Source: Gnetum montanum (lineage: Eukaryota; Plantae; Gnetophyta). From it: a DNA stretch of 64,000 nt. The position numbers were made by a program, and so were the translations under genes. This document shows positions 41,201 to 52,645 of the stretch, piece after piece. Every line of letters begins with the position of its first letter. The stretch's first letter is position 1. The notes below the pieces were generated by a model. That model was not told the origin of the DNA. It made no database searches and saw only the letters and a program-made list of their open reading frames with translations. The stretch lies in assembly GCA_015680685.1 (NCBI GenBank), contig MNCI01001727.1:691211-755210 (forward strand), in the 5' to 3' direction.

Positions 41201-41714
41201 AAGATGAAGGCTAGATAGTATAGATCCAAATGGGTATAGGCAACCTTAATTTGTTGAGGCACTTAATCTACATTTCTTCTTGTTTTGTCATGTTGTTTGG
41301 TAAGATCATCAATAGATGGGGAATCAACTCTAGGTGAAGAAGACATTTTTCATTTTGTTCTTTGTAATGTGCCTTTAATAAAATACAATTGTTTTGCTAA
41401 TGATGGTGGATTATATACCTGTAATGACCTTGTAGTCGTCATGCAGAAGTGTCCATGTACAACATGCATTCAAATAAAAATCTATTCAATCAACTTAATC
41501 CATACCACGAGCACTCAGAGGAAAATTTGGCTTAAGTCCTATGAAAACAAACTGTAAGAGCTTTGCTATGAAAATGACCAAAGGTGTCATAAATGCAAAT
41601 GGTGTGCGTATTTATATAGGCTTATAGAGGATTACCGTTGACACATGTGCGAACACATTCAAGGATATATCAATGGATATGTGTTAATGCAACTACCTGA
41701 TGTTAACTTCATCA
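38260..41714 (-). mobile_element. Internally deleted Athila element (Athila-2): partial 5' LTR, gag, start of protease
   Basis: Minus strand starts TGATGAA at 41714 and has CCTATATAAAT like the Athila-1 LTR; gag ATG 41346 (MSSSPRVDSP); QIQIFIDQVTKEEEKLRNRESVEEYNKDPFICK matches ~8280-8360; protease LLDLGFNVSLISQEIYNTWNLP matches ~9490-9550. Confidence 0.85.
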
Positions 41715-42200
41715 AAGAGGGAGATTTTCTATTTAATCCAATAAGGAATTTTAGAATAATTATAAAAATATGGATCAAAATCCACTTTCCATTCCCCAGA
41801 AATAAAAGGATTATACTAATCCATAAAAACTTTAAGATCCAATGATTTCTCAACCACTTTAGAATTCACCACTTTGACAAGCAAAAAAGATTTAGAAAAA
41901 TAGTAGACATGAAAAATATTAATTCTAAAAAATCCAAGGATAGCCTAAATCATTAATATAAAATCCATATTCATATGAAAAAATCCAATAATATGCAAAA
42001 ATATGTATTGTGAAGTGATATCTTTTGACAAAGATTCATATAAATCATCAAGTAAAATAAAATCAGAAGCTTTAAAAATCTTCATAGCCTCTATGGTATG
42101 ATAGATATTAGTATTTCTTATCTTCAAATCATTCCTTGCCAAAAAAAATTTTTGCTACAAAACCTATGTTAGATATCCTCGAGATGGACAAACCACTAAG
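41715..42200 (-). mobile_element. L1-type LINE ORF1 (DUF4283-like) remnant
   Basis: Frame continuing ORF 41945-42142 reads ...GEWKVDFDPYFYNYSKIPYWIK, resembling the W-x-x-D-F-D-P...P-V-W-I motif of plant L1 ORF1; cut by the Athila-2 LTR. Confidence 0.5.
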
Positions 42201-42513
42201 ATAATTTGGAACTTTACTTGTTTAACATTAACAAATTAAGATCTTAAATTTTATGATGTGGAAATATCATTCAATGAAAGATAGCTAAATAAACATAACA
42301 AAAGCAATCTTATAACATATAATGATTACTGCGTAGCCACAAACACACTTTTCATATAAAGATACTCTAGGGATTTTCAATTGGTTATTTGTTAATGAGT
42401 TGTGAATTCAACCTATAATTAAAGCATTACTATCACTATTAAAACTTTTTTTTAACTATTTTATGGGGGATTGTAATGTAGATACATCCTAAGATATATA
42501 GTTCAATGAACAA

Positions 42514-42580
42514 AAGATGTTAGCTTAGTGGTAAGACTCTTGATTGAAAGCTCTAAGTCGTGGGCTCAATTCTAGTGGAC
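42514..42580 (+). mobile_element. Degenerate tRNA-derived SINE head / tRNA pseudogene
   Basis: A-box-like TAGCTTAGTGG (42521) and B-box-like GGGCTCAATTC (42562) at tRNA-like spacing; no intact cloverleaf. Confidence 0.4.
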
Positions 42581-42684
42581 AATGTTAAGTTATAAAGTTA
42601 TAATTAGACTATATATCTATATCACAATTATTTCAGGGTTCCAACACCCAATATTGAAGATATTTAAAAATTTAGATAATTTAT

Positions 42685-42953
42685 TATTATCATCACCATC
42701 CTAGCCTTGTCCCAACAAAATGAGATCAACTACATGAGTTCTTTTTGGTCATTCACCTTTATGAAGAGCTAGATCTCGATTTATTGACAATTTTTTCAAA
42801 TCATGAGTGTGCATTGTATCTCAGGAATGCCCTAGCATCTGTGATATCTGAAAAAAGAGCTCATACATGAGATTTGGCAAGGTTTTACAGCTGGTTGCCA
42901 ACTTGACACTAACTGCTCTTTTGTACTCAAGCTCAAGATTGACATTGGTGGAG
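42685..42953 (-). mobile_element. 5'-truncated RTE-clade LINE 3' end with foreign 5' segment, flanked by a 21-bp TSD
   Basis: Minus strand encodes HDLKKLSINRDLALHKGE*PKRTHVVD then TTGGGACAAGGCT and a (GAT/AAT)n tail; direct repeat TTAAAAATTTAGATAATTTAT at 42664-42684 and 42954-42974. Confidence 0.8.
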
Positions 42954-45482
42954 TTAAAAATTTAGATAATTTATAAAAAATAAAAAATAAAAACAAAAAA
43001 CTAAAACCAAAACTAAAGAAGTATAAAGCATACACAAACCTTTACTTCTAGTTTATAAATTTTTCTTAAATGAAATACTATTTAAAAATGCAATGCATGC
43101 TTAAAAATAAGATATAATAATTTATAAAAAAAAAATTCACATTATAAGGATCTATTACAATATGAAGTTAAACAAAACATTGTCATAGGTTCTTAGGTCT
43201 ATGGGACTAGTTTTAGAATTCCTTTTATCAATTTTCTTTTGCATTGTCCAATAGAACCAATCTTGTGACCTAGCATTGATCGGCTAAGACCCTTGCCACT
43301 AGGTTAACACTCATAGGTGTAATTTTCACTCAAAATTTTTCTTCAACATAGGCCTAGAAAAAATCATTAAATCCTCATGGATGTGTACTTTTTTTCTCAA
43401 AACTTTGAAACAAGGAAAACTTAAAATGAAGAAAAAAAAAAGAAATGTCAACTAAATAAAAAGCAAATATAACTAAATCAAAATCTACAAGATATATTGT
43501 ACATAATGAACTACTTTACCTTTTGTATAAGAATAAATACTACAAACTATATGTACTTGATATTACTCTAAGAAATCAATCTTTGATAAAATATCATTTA
43601 CGTTCCCCTCAATGAACTAAAGCTTTTAAACAATAGGAAGATTTTCAAATTTTTAGCCTGAAATTTTCATGCTTTTAAATTTTATACGAGCTTAGTTTCA
43701 AATTTATGAATTTGAGTGTATTTAATTCATTAACTAATCTCTCATTTCTAGACTTGAAATCTTTAAGAGGTACCTATAGTGATGGATATTTTTCATGTCA
43801 ATCTCAAAAAATTAGGTTTCTAATTTCCTAAAAACAAATTATGAACATCTCTCACCATTTTTCTAAATATTTTCTTAATTAAATCAAATTTTTAATCAAG
43901 TTGTGTTAGAGTAGTATTAGGATGGAAGACCTCTCAAAAAGCTTATTTTTAATACATCAATTCTTAACATTCTACTTAAATAATAAAAATATTAGTACAA
44001 TCTCAAGAGAGATCATCCCAAAATCTCAACAAGGGTGGTTTCATGAAGGAGTATAGTGGCTATAAAAATGAGATATTAATAATATTGATGTAATAAAAAA
44101 ATGGAAAAATGAAACAAATACAAATATAAATACCCAAAAAAAAAAACGTTTTGCTAGCAAAACATTAGAGATTGTAGATATTATCTATCATTATTAACCT
44201 CTTCTTGTCCTAATAAAATGGAGTTGGCAACATGAGGTTTTTTTTTCTTTCCCATTTGCCACTATGAAGAGCTAAATCTTTGTTTATTTGTAATTTCTTT
44301 AGATCATCTTTAATTATTTTTCTCCATGTTTTTTTTATCTTTTGGTACCGTTTCCAAAACCATAATGTAGTAACCTTTTACTACAAGCTCATTATCTAAT
44401 TTTTTTTGCACATGCCCAAACCATATAAGATGCCATTTTTGTAACTAATCTCTAACAAAAGCCACTCCCAAGTGTTACTATAATATTGTATTCTGAAAAT
44501 GTGTAAGATATCATAATAAATATCTACATGTAATAATTCTAATATCGTGAGACTAATAACTAGTAATGTAAAAATGAGATTATAATAACTTTGAGTTAAA
44601 ACTAAAATATGGAACAATGAGCAACATAAAGATAGAATATGCAAATTATATTTATTGCAACTAATATAAGATTTCTTCTAACAAATCTTTAATTTATTTT
44701 TATATAAACTATTCAAACTACTAATAATATGTCCGGAAGACTTAGATATATCTCTTATACTTAAGATTTAGTACTTCTAATGTATATTGCACAAAGTCAA
44801 ATGTAGTAATTTTAATTTTTCTTACTTAGACTATGTAGTTTCAATTTTTCTTACTGTGAAATATTTGTAAAATTGAGCCAAGCAAGCACTCTGTATAAGC
44901 AAATGTGTCATCTTCGGCAATACAAAAAAACTCTGATTCAGTAGAAACGAAGATAAATACAAAAAAGTATAATAAAAAAGAAGGGGAAAGAAGCCTGCAA
45001 TTCTTAGGAGTGGAATTGCCCTGTATTCAGAGGGACGTGTAATTGCATCATTATATTTTCATTGTTTTTTTTTTTTAAAGCAACTTATGCAACAGTTATC
45101 CCCGTATCTGGCTTATACGGTTGAAGGCCTGGAATTTGACGGTTATATAGACTATGGTCTTTCAAACCATATTATACAGGTTAACTTGTAAATAAAATGT
45201 ATAAAATTACCAGGTATACTGGCAAAATACTGTGCAGGAAGGGACGTATATATCCCGGTTATTAAATTCTAAAATTCCAACCCTATTGCAAATCTCTTAA
45301 AGGTTCAAAATATAGTGAGAATCAGGTCAATGTGCTAAATGACTAGGTTTAGATACGTTAGTAGGATCTGTTCGTGGTGGAAACACGGATGTCAATGGAA
45401 AAACAAAAATAAAAAATAAAAGAAAGAATGATAGCTGTCTTTCAACAAAATAGGAGAAAAAGAAGAGAAAAGAAAGTGAGTG

Positions 45483-46060
45483 TGTGAGAGATGTCCAAGG
45501 GTGGTGGTTCTCCTCGGCTCTCCCCATGGTTTGGGGGCCATGGAACACTTTGAGGCATCCTCAAGTGACTCTCAAGTGTTAGGAAACTCACCCCGGCTTG
45601 GCGGTACCAAGCTAGCAACAGGACACCCTCATATTGTAACTCTCTCTTAAGTCCTCTTTATTCTACCCTCACCGTGGAGAACTACATGGCCATGATTCCA
45701 CGACAGTCGTAGTTATGTAGGTAGCCAAAATTGGATAGTTTTGGTGTGGTGCCAGGCCACACCTTGTACCAGATCGTGAGGGATCTGGGGGTGAGGCACC
45801 TTTCCTTGTAGGTGCATTGATTCCCCTCCCACTGATGTTATCTATAGGGTTGCTTGTGTGCTTGTTCGCATGGTTCTTGTTTTGGAGTTGGTTACCCTCT
45901 ATGAGATGTGTTTCCACACATAATAAGAAGCTGTGTGGTTGCTTGCACTCACTCTTGAGTTGCTTGCTTGAGGCGTATTCCCCAGGTCGTCCACCCCAAA
46001 TCCATTGGATCTTAGTGAATTCCTTGTGGTGCCAGACAATGTTGGGGCACCGTTGTTACA
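45483..46060 (+). repeat. 5' LTR (578 bp)
   Basis: TGTGAGAG...TTGTTACA. Confidence 0.95.
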
Positions 46061-46062
46061 GA

Positions 46063-46074
46063 TGGTATCAGAGC
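46063..46074 (+). promoter_or_regulatory. PBS, tRNA-iMet
   Basis: TGGTATCAGAGC 2 nt after the LTR end. Confidence 0.95.
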
Positions 46075-49000
46075 ATTTTGAAATTGTATTGTGATATGCA
46101 TGTGCTCTTTGGTTGTGTTACTCCATTGAGGTTGTTTGATTAACAATCCCTTGGGATTAATACTTGGGTGATCTAAGATCGTATCCTTATGTATTCTTTG
46201 AAGAGTTGCCTTATGGTGATATTTTTACCCTCTTCATGAGGGGGACCGATGTTGTATAATGAACAACTAATGTATGTTGTTCTCCTTGTGGATGTATATG
46301 ATTTCATTGTGGTCTTGTCCTCCACTCGTTCACTTATGGTTGGACCAGTTGTGATTGTATTTGATATGGTAGAGAAGAGTTCTATTGGCAACTCAAGAAT
46401 TTTGTTGCTCAAGGATCTCTCATCTCAGGTCTCCAGTGATTCATCTGGGATGAATCAGACAAAGTCTTCGCTTCGGTTTCCACCCAAATCACATGTATCG
46501 AGATGACATTGATTGATTTGTGTAGGATGTGATATCCTAGCACTCCCACTCACCCTAGATACAGTGAGTATGGGTATTACAAATTGGGACATGTTGGTTC
46601 CCAGGTACCTTAGGATGGAGGGCCTTCAGACATGTGCTCTTGGTGAGCCTTGTTCTGGGTGGATTAAGACCATTGCCGGTAGACTTTGTACGTTTGTTCC
46701 TGTGATTGTATGTTTATCTATGTGTGTATGCGTGTTTTGTTGGTTGCACTTTCATATTTTGCATGCATGTTACCTTCGTCGTGTCGATCGTTCGTAACGC
46801 AAGGCTTGGTGTTCTACGTGGTATGATGACTTATTGTTGGGATTGTGTTGAGGATGCATTTGGAGGCCGTTTGTGCCATCCCAAAGCCAAATGTTTATTG
46901 TCTTGTTTGACAACCTCTAATGCATGAGGCATGATTGCCCTTGTTGCTGGTCTTTGTAGGTTGTGCTCCCTTGTTTGAGCTAGTTGTTTTGCCCTTGGGT
47001 TTGTGGTATCACTCTTTTGATTGGTGACATTTCTTGGTCACTTTGATTTGATGACTATTGGTGTGGATCATCCTATTGTTGGTTCTTGTTGAGATCACAC
47101 CTCTATTGATGAGAGTCTTTCTTGCGGATGCATCCTCGTTGATGTTGCTCATTGTATTGAGAATCAATTTTATGGATACTTCTTGTTGGCAAGACCTTGG
47201 TCTTCCACCTTATGTTTGAGTTGAGATAGTGATTCTCTATTGCCCATGCCTCATATGATTGTGTTGAGATTTTGATCCTAGTTGGAACCAGTGTCAGTGG
47301 CTAGGAATGATTGTTGTATACGAATCTTGGAATTTTGAGAGTGTCTTAGCTCTCTCTCTGGGTGGGCCTCATGATGAATTCATTTGTTTGAGTGTATCTA
47401 ATTGACCCATCAATGTTTTGCATGATTGATCCTATGTGTGTTGCTAAGTTCTTTCTCTTGGTAATGTTGCAAGAGTGATACTATGTTATATGATCATGCT
47501 TGATGGTTTTGTATGAGGCTGATGTGCTGACCATGTTTCTGCTAACCTTGTTTCTAAGCTTTTGTCTCAATGTTTACAGGTAGCACAGGTACAAAGATGT
47601 AGCCATTGGTGACCTCAATTGATTCTGTGAGCACTATGTCTAAGGGGAAGATATGTGCTCTTGAGACCTTCATGAACTGATTATTTGGTCTTAGAATCCC
47701 TACATTGGGTTGTGGATTTATCAATGTACCTTGGCTGTGATGAATCATCAGGTACATCATGATTTATTTTCCTCTCTGTGTTGGGTGAGCACTAACAGAG
47801 GATGGTGATCTATCCTAGACCCTATAGATATTGGGAGAGCAGATGGCATGATATGGTATCCTTGGCCATGCCAGATACTGATGTCCCAGGAGTGGCCAAT
47901 GCCTTGAGGTCCCACTATGGCAAGCGGTGGAGACTCAATTGGTGTGTTCCATTATTTGATCATTGCGCTCATGTCCCGAATCATTTTCACTCGATGGCAG
48001 TCGTGTAGTGAATTCAATGCGATGGTTGATCATGTGCATTTTCAGACAGTGGTGCAATGGGTGTAGTATGATAAATGATCATGTACATTCCATAACAGAG
48101 ACAAGTTTTTCTCAAAAACAACATGGTTCTTCTTAGTGTGCTCCTAGTGTCCTAAACCTTTTAGCTTAGGATGGGCTTGGGTAGTTTATCCTATAGCCAT
48201 TTAGGCCTGGGTAGCATTCCCAAATACCATGTATGTTCCTAGAAAATGTATTCCTATCCTTGGGTGTGCGAAATGTATCCTTGTGATATTTTCAATTTGA
48301 CAATATGCACTCAAAAGTGCTAGATGTATTGCCCTATGTGACTCAGTTGTCTCCTCATTGTAGGCCTATGCTGCACCTTGTGACAAGGCCAAGCTTGATG
48401 TATGGTGTTTTCCTAGTGCTTGTTTTTGAAGCACCTCTATATATGTTGTAAATGACCTTTGTTCCTTGATGTATAATTTTGCTGAAAACCTCATGGAAAA
48501 TTCTTTAGTTGTAATATGGTGTTGTAACGAATAGGCCAGGGCATGTCCTTGCCCATCGTGCTCTTGAACTGGTGTTGTGTGTTCTTGGTGATGTTGGCAT
48601 GCCTTGACGGTGTGTACTTTGGTGAACATCCTTGAGACAAGGCAAATCTTGGAAACACTTCCTCTTGTGTTCCTAGACTGGCTAAAATTTGATTCACAGA
48701 TGATTGATGGTGGTATGTGGCCTGAAATACAAACAAATTCGTCCGATGTGCTTGATCTTGATAGTGGGTGGCTCACGATGGCCATGTGAATTACAATGGC
48801 AAACTGAAATTCAAATCAATGTCATGCTACGATGTCTAGCTATGGATTTGAGTTGAGTTTTGGGTATTGGCACCTAAACTCCCTCTTCCATGCTAGATGT
48901 GATTGTGGGGTAGTTGTGCAAACATTGGGATGGTGGTCCATCCTTGAATAAATGATGATGCAATTATAGAAATTGTGACTTCTCTTGGTGGCCTTGCTTT

Positions 49001-51412
49001 GTGGGCTTGACTATGCTCAAAACACTTGAGCCTATGCTCTCACAATTGGGGGCTTTTGGTATTTATGAATGATGGCATGCTCTCTCATGATCGATTACTT
49101 TTGACTCTTTGGAGGGCTGTGGTGCATCCTCATGGCTTGGGACTTATATGTGCTTTCGTTGAATATGGTGTGATTCTGTGACTGGGAGCTCATTGTGCCT
49201 AACAAGCTATGGTGGCTTGTTGAATCTCCCTATGTGCTCTGTTTCTTATGTACACTGATGTATCACACCGTCGCTCCCTAATGTATTGTCCCATGTCCCT
49301 GGTGTAATGTTAATTCATGTTGATGTCCTCACCTCTCTGGTGGGATAGCAGAGCTAAGCACTATATTACTTGGTGATTCTCAAATCCTATGAGGGGTCAT
49401 TCTTCATTTCGATGGATGCCCTCTTCCATTCTTGAATTAATCAAGTAGATGGCATTGAGACAATTGTTTCCTAGCTAGGACCTAAAAGCAGTTGATGTTT
49501 GGGACTTGTTCCTAGCAATTGCCCCATGTTCGTAAACTCTTAGGGTTTTTTTCAGATATAGAATGTTGTCACCGTGGTGAAATTATTGGAACCTCCTTTG
49601 TGAGGCTGCATTGTTGATGTAGCCTAAATATGTATATCTTCCTTCTTGTAAGCAAGGCATGATGTTATGTACTCTCTTAGTTTTGGGGGTTCTAAAGGGA
49701 CTTGATGGGGTCCTCTAGTAGACCACCCTTATTGTAAACCCTTAGGGGATGAATCATGTATTGTGTTGAGTTGTATCGAATGTTGGTGAAGTCCATTCTT
49801 TGTAAAACTATCTTGAGGACCTAGTCCTCCTATGGGCAAAATGTTCTTGTTGACTTGTGTCTGTTGTTTGAGGTGAATGTTTATAGGCAGTGGTGCGGTC
49901 TTGTGCATCACAATTGTTGTAAATAGGCTTGACTAGGATGTATGAAACAAAAACCCATATCTCCCAAAATGAAATGGAAGTCCCTCATGATAAATTTTAA
50001 GGGATGAACTCCTTTGCATCTTGGGTTGTTCTCAAGGTGGAATTGAATTTGGGAAAGACTTGTGAATCCATGCCCCTCAACTGGTGACAGTTCAATGATA
50101 TGGTTCTATTGGCTATGTGGACTACTTCAGTGTGCATCATCAGTAAGGTGTAGCTAGGTAGCTGTACTTGCCTATGGAGGAAACCTCTCAAAGAGGATCC
50201 TTCCTTCACATTCAAAATTCAAATGAAAAGTGTTGATCATGAGATGCGGTCGTTCTTGATATGGTGGGAGAACTCAAATTCTAGGAACCTTGATGTTCCT
50301 TGAAGAATTCATGATCTGGTTGCCTTCAGAAGTGACTCTATTCTTTCCTGGACTAGTGTTTAGAAAATGGTGCTTGTCCCATGTCTCAGAGTGGAAGGAT
50401 AGCTTGTAAGTCACAAGTGTCATTGATCCTTTCCCATGAATGAGACATTATGATTGAAATCAATGATGTTTGTGGTTGACATGAGACTTATGTATGGAGA
50501 ATTGTCCTAGGGTTGGCTACCCAACAGATCCTCCACTTGTTCTAGCACTCAAGTAGGCATTCTCGATGTTGGACAATCGCAAAATGTGTTGATGATAGTT
50601 GAGGCTTGCTTGTTATGATAGCCTCTTGGAGGAGTTTTCCAAATAGAATTTGGATCTTCTCTCTCTTTGTGGAAATGGAATACTGTTGGATGGTGAATTG
50701 ATGTATGCGATGCTAGTGTTTGCGGATGGCAAGGTCAAGCTCAAAAGATCTACCCTTGTACCTTGTTTGGAAGGGAGAACACACTTGACTCCCTTCATAC
50801 TAGCTTGAACAGACATGATGGGGAAAATGTGCATGGTACAAATGCACGTGGATTCAGTGCTTAGATGGTTGCACTGGTGAGATCCCATGGGTTTGGATGC
50901 AAGTAGCAAAACATGGAGTTCTAGCAAGCATGAGAGGCTTGTGGAGACATGGCTCTTTTGGAGCATGTTCTCCCTCTTGGTTTGGTGCTCCCAAGTCCAT
51001 CACCATGGGTAGTGGCCCTAGTGAGCCCTTAAAAAAAATATGGGTGCTGAGATGTGATTTACAGAGGAACTCAACTGGACTTGTGGAAGACGAGCTATCT
51101 TCTTGCATAGGTATGGGTCTATGCAAGAAGATAAGTCTCTAAACCTAAGGGACAAATCCAGGGGATGCCTTAGACGTTGGCCCTTTAGGTTGGACTACTC
51201 CCACTTGTCATAGATTTGGGACGTCTTTGAGATTCCTCCAAGTGCCCTTTGTGTTTTATACAAAACATTGGATGGAAGGACATATCAGGTGTTGGGGTTG
51301 ATATCCTCTTTCAAGCCTAGCATCAAAGGAGTTGATGGAGTTCTAAACCCATATGGAAGTGTATTCTCGAAGCTATCCTAGGCTCCGCTCTGAGGACGTC
51401 ACTTCTTTGTGC

Positions 51413-51421
51413 GAGGGAGGA
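51413..51421 (+). promoter_or_regulatory. Polypurine tract
   Basis: GAGGGAGGA immediately before the 3' LTR. Confidence 0.85.
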
Positions 51422-51422
51422 T

Positions 51423-52008
51423 TGTGAGAGATGTCCTAGGGTGGTGGTTCTCCTAGGCTCTCCCCATGGTTCGGGGGCCATGGAACACTTTGAGGTGCCC
51501 TTGGGTGACTCTCAAGTGTTAGGAAACCCACTTTGGCTTAGCAGTACCAAGCTAGCAACAAGACACCCTCCTGTTGTAACTCTCTTTTAAGTCCTCTTCA
51601 TTCTACCCTTACTGTGGAGAACTACATGGCCTTGATTCCATTGCAGTCGTAGATATGTAGGCAGCCAAGATTGGATAGTTTTAGTGTGGTGCTAGGCCAC
51701 ACCTTGTACTAGATCATGAGGGATTTGGGGGTGAGGCACCTTCCCTTGTAGGTGCATTGTTTCCCCTCCCACCGATGTTGTCTACAAGGTTGTTTGTGTG
51801 CTTGTTCACATGGTTCTCATTTTGGAGTTGGTTACCCTCCATGAGGTGCATTTCCACACATAATAAGAAGTTGTGTGGCTGTTTGCACTCACTCTTGAGT
51901 TGCTTCCTTGCTTGCTTGAGGCATATTCCCCAGGTCTTCCACCCTAGATCCATTGGATCTTAGTGAATTCCTTGGGGTGTCAGACAACGTTGGGGCACCG
52001 TTGTTAGA
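51423..52008 (+). repeat. 3' LTR (586 bp)
   Basis: TGTGAGAG...TTGTTAGA; about 16 mismatches in the first ~146 bp versus the 5' LTR (hand count) and an 8-bp insertion near 51900. Confidence 0.95.
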
Positions 52009-52645
52009 GAGTGCCTTGGATAAGGATGGGATTAGAGCTGTAAGCATTAATGGAGTACTAGTGCAGACCGCTCCGCCCTATCGCGTTCACATTTTGAACA
52101 AGAAGATGAATTTTTTTCCAAGTATCTTCACAGCTACAGCTGCAGCTGAACTTCTTAGTAGAACAAATGTATGAACCCTGCCGTGACGATCAAGCATGTT
52201 TCCACACACACTCAACATTAACTGGTCCACTGCAATGATATCTCTGAATTATGAAGGCCATTCATTCAAGCATTTTTCCAAGTAGGGACCCAGACAGCAT
52301 GAGAATCAGCGGCATAGATTTCCATAATTTAACAGTTTAGCCCGTGAAACACGATACTTTAGAGATCCTAATTATTTAAAAGCCTTCATGCTTTTAAGTT
52401 TAGATTATCACCTCCTCAGAACTCGGAAGGGAAGAGTTTATCAAAATTCAAAATGCTCCGATTTTTTAGCCTATTTATATATTTCCATCAGCCTTTCTCC
52501 AGTCTCTGAGAAGTCAAGCTCTTTGTATCCAGGAATCATCCCTGACCTTATCTTTGGTGGGCCTAAGCTGGAAAATTTCTTGACTCTCATCTGTTCTGGG
52601 CCACGCTTCAGGATTACAAATAACGGAGGTTTTCAGCTGTTCCTC

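Larger units (their letters stand above)
45483..52008 (+). mobile_element. Complete non-autonomous (LARD-like) LTR retrotransposon
   Basis: Two LTRs, 5-bp TSD GAGTG (45478-45482 and 52009-52013), tRNA-iMet PBS, PPT; no gag/pol motif recognised in the 5.36-kb interior. Confidence 0.93.

Noticed and set aside
42514-42580. Functional tRNA gene
   Set aside because: The acceptor and T stems do not pair and the B box is degenerate.
45669-51963. Duplicated small ORFs (45669/51714, 45817/51757) as genes
   Set aside because: They arise from the two LTR copies and have no recognisable domain.
52388-52645. N-terminal 86 aa of ORF 52388-53410 as real coding sequence
   Set aside because: The signal peptide begins near ATG 52646-52682; the upstream frame is probably an incidentally open 5' UTR or promoter.
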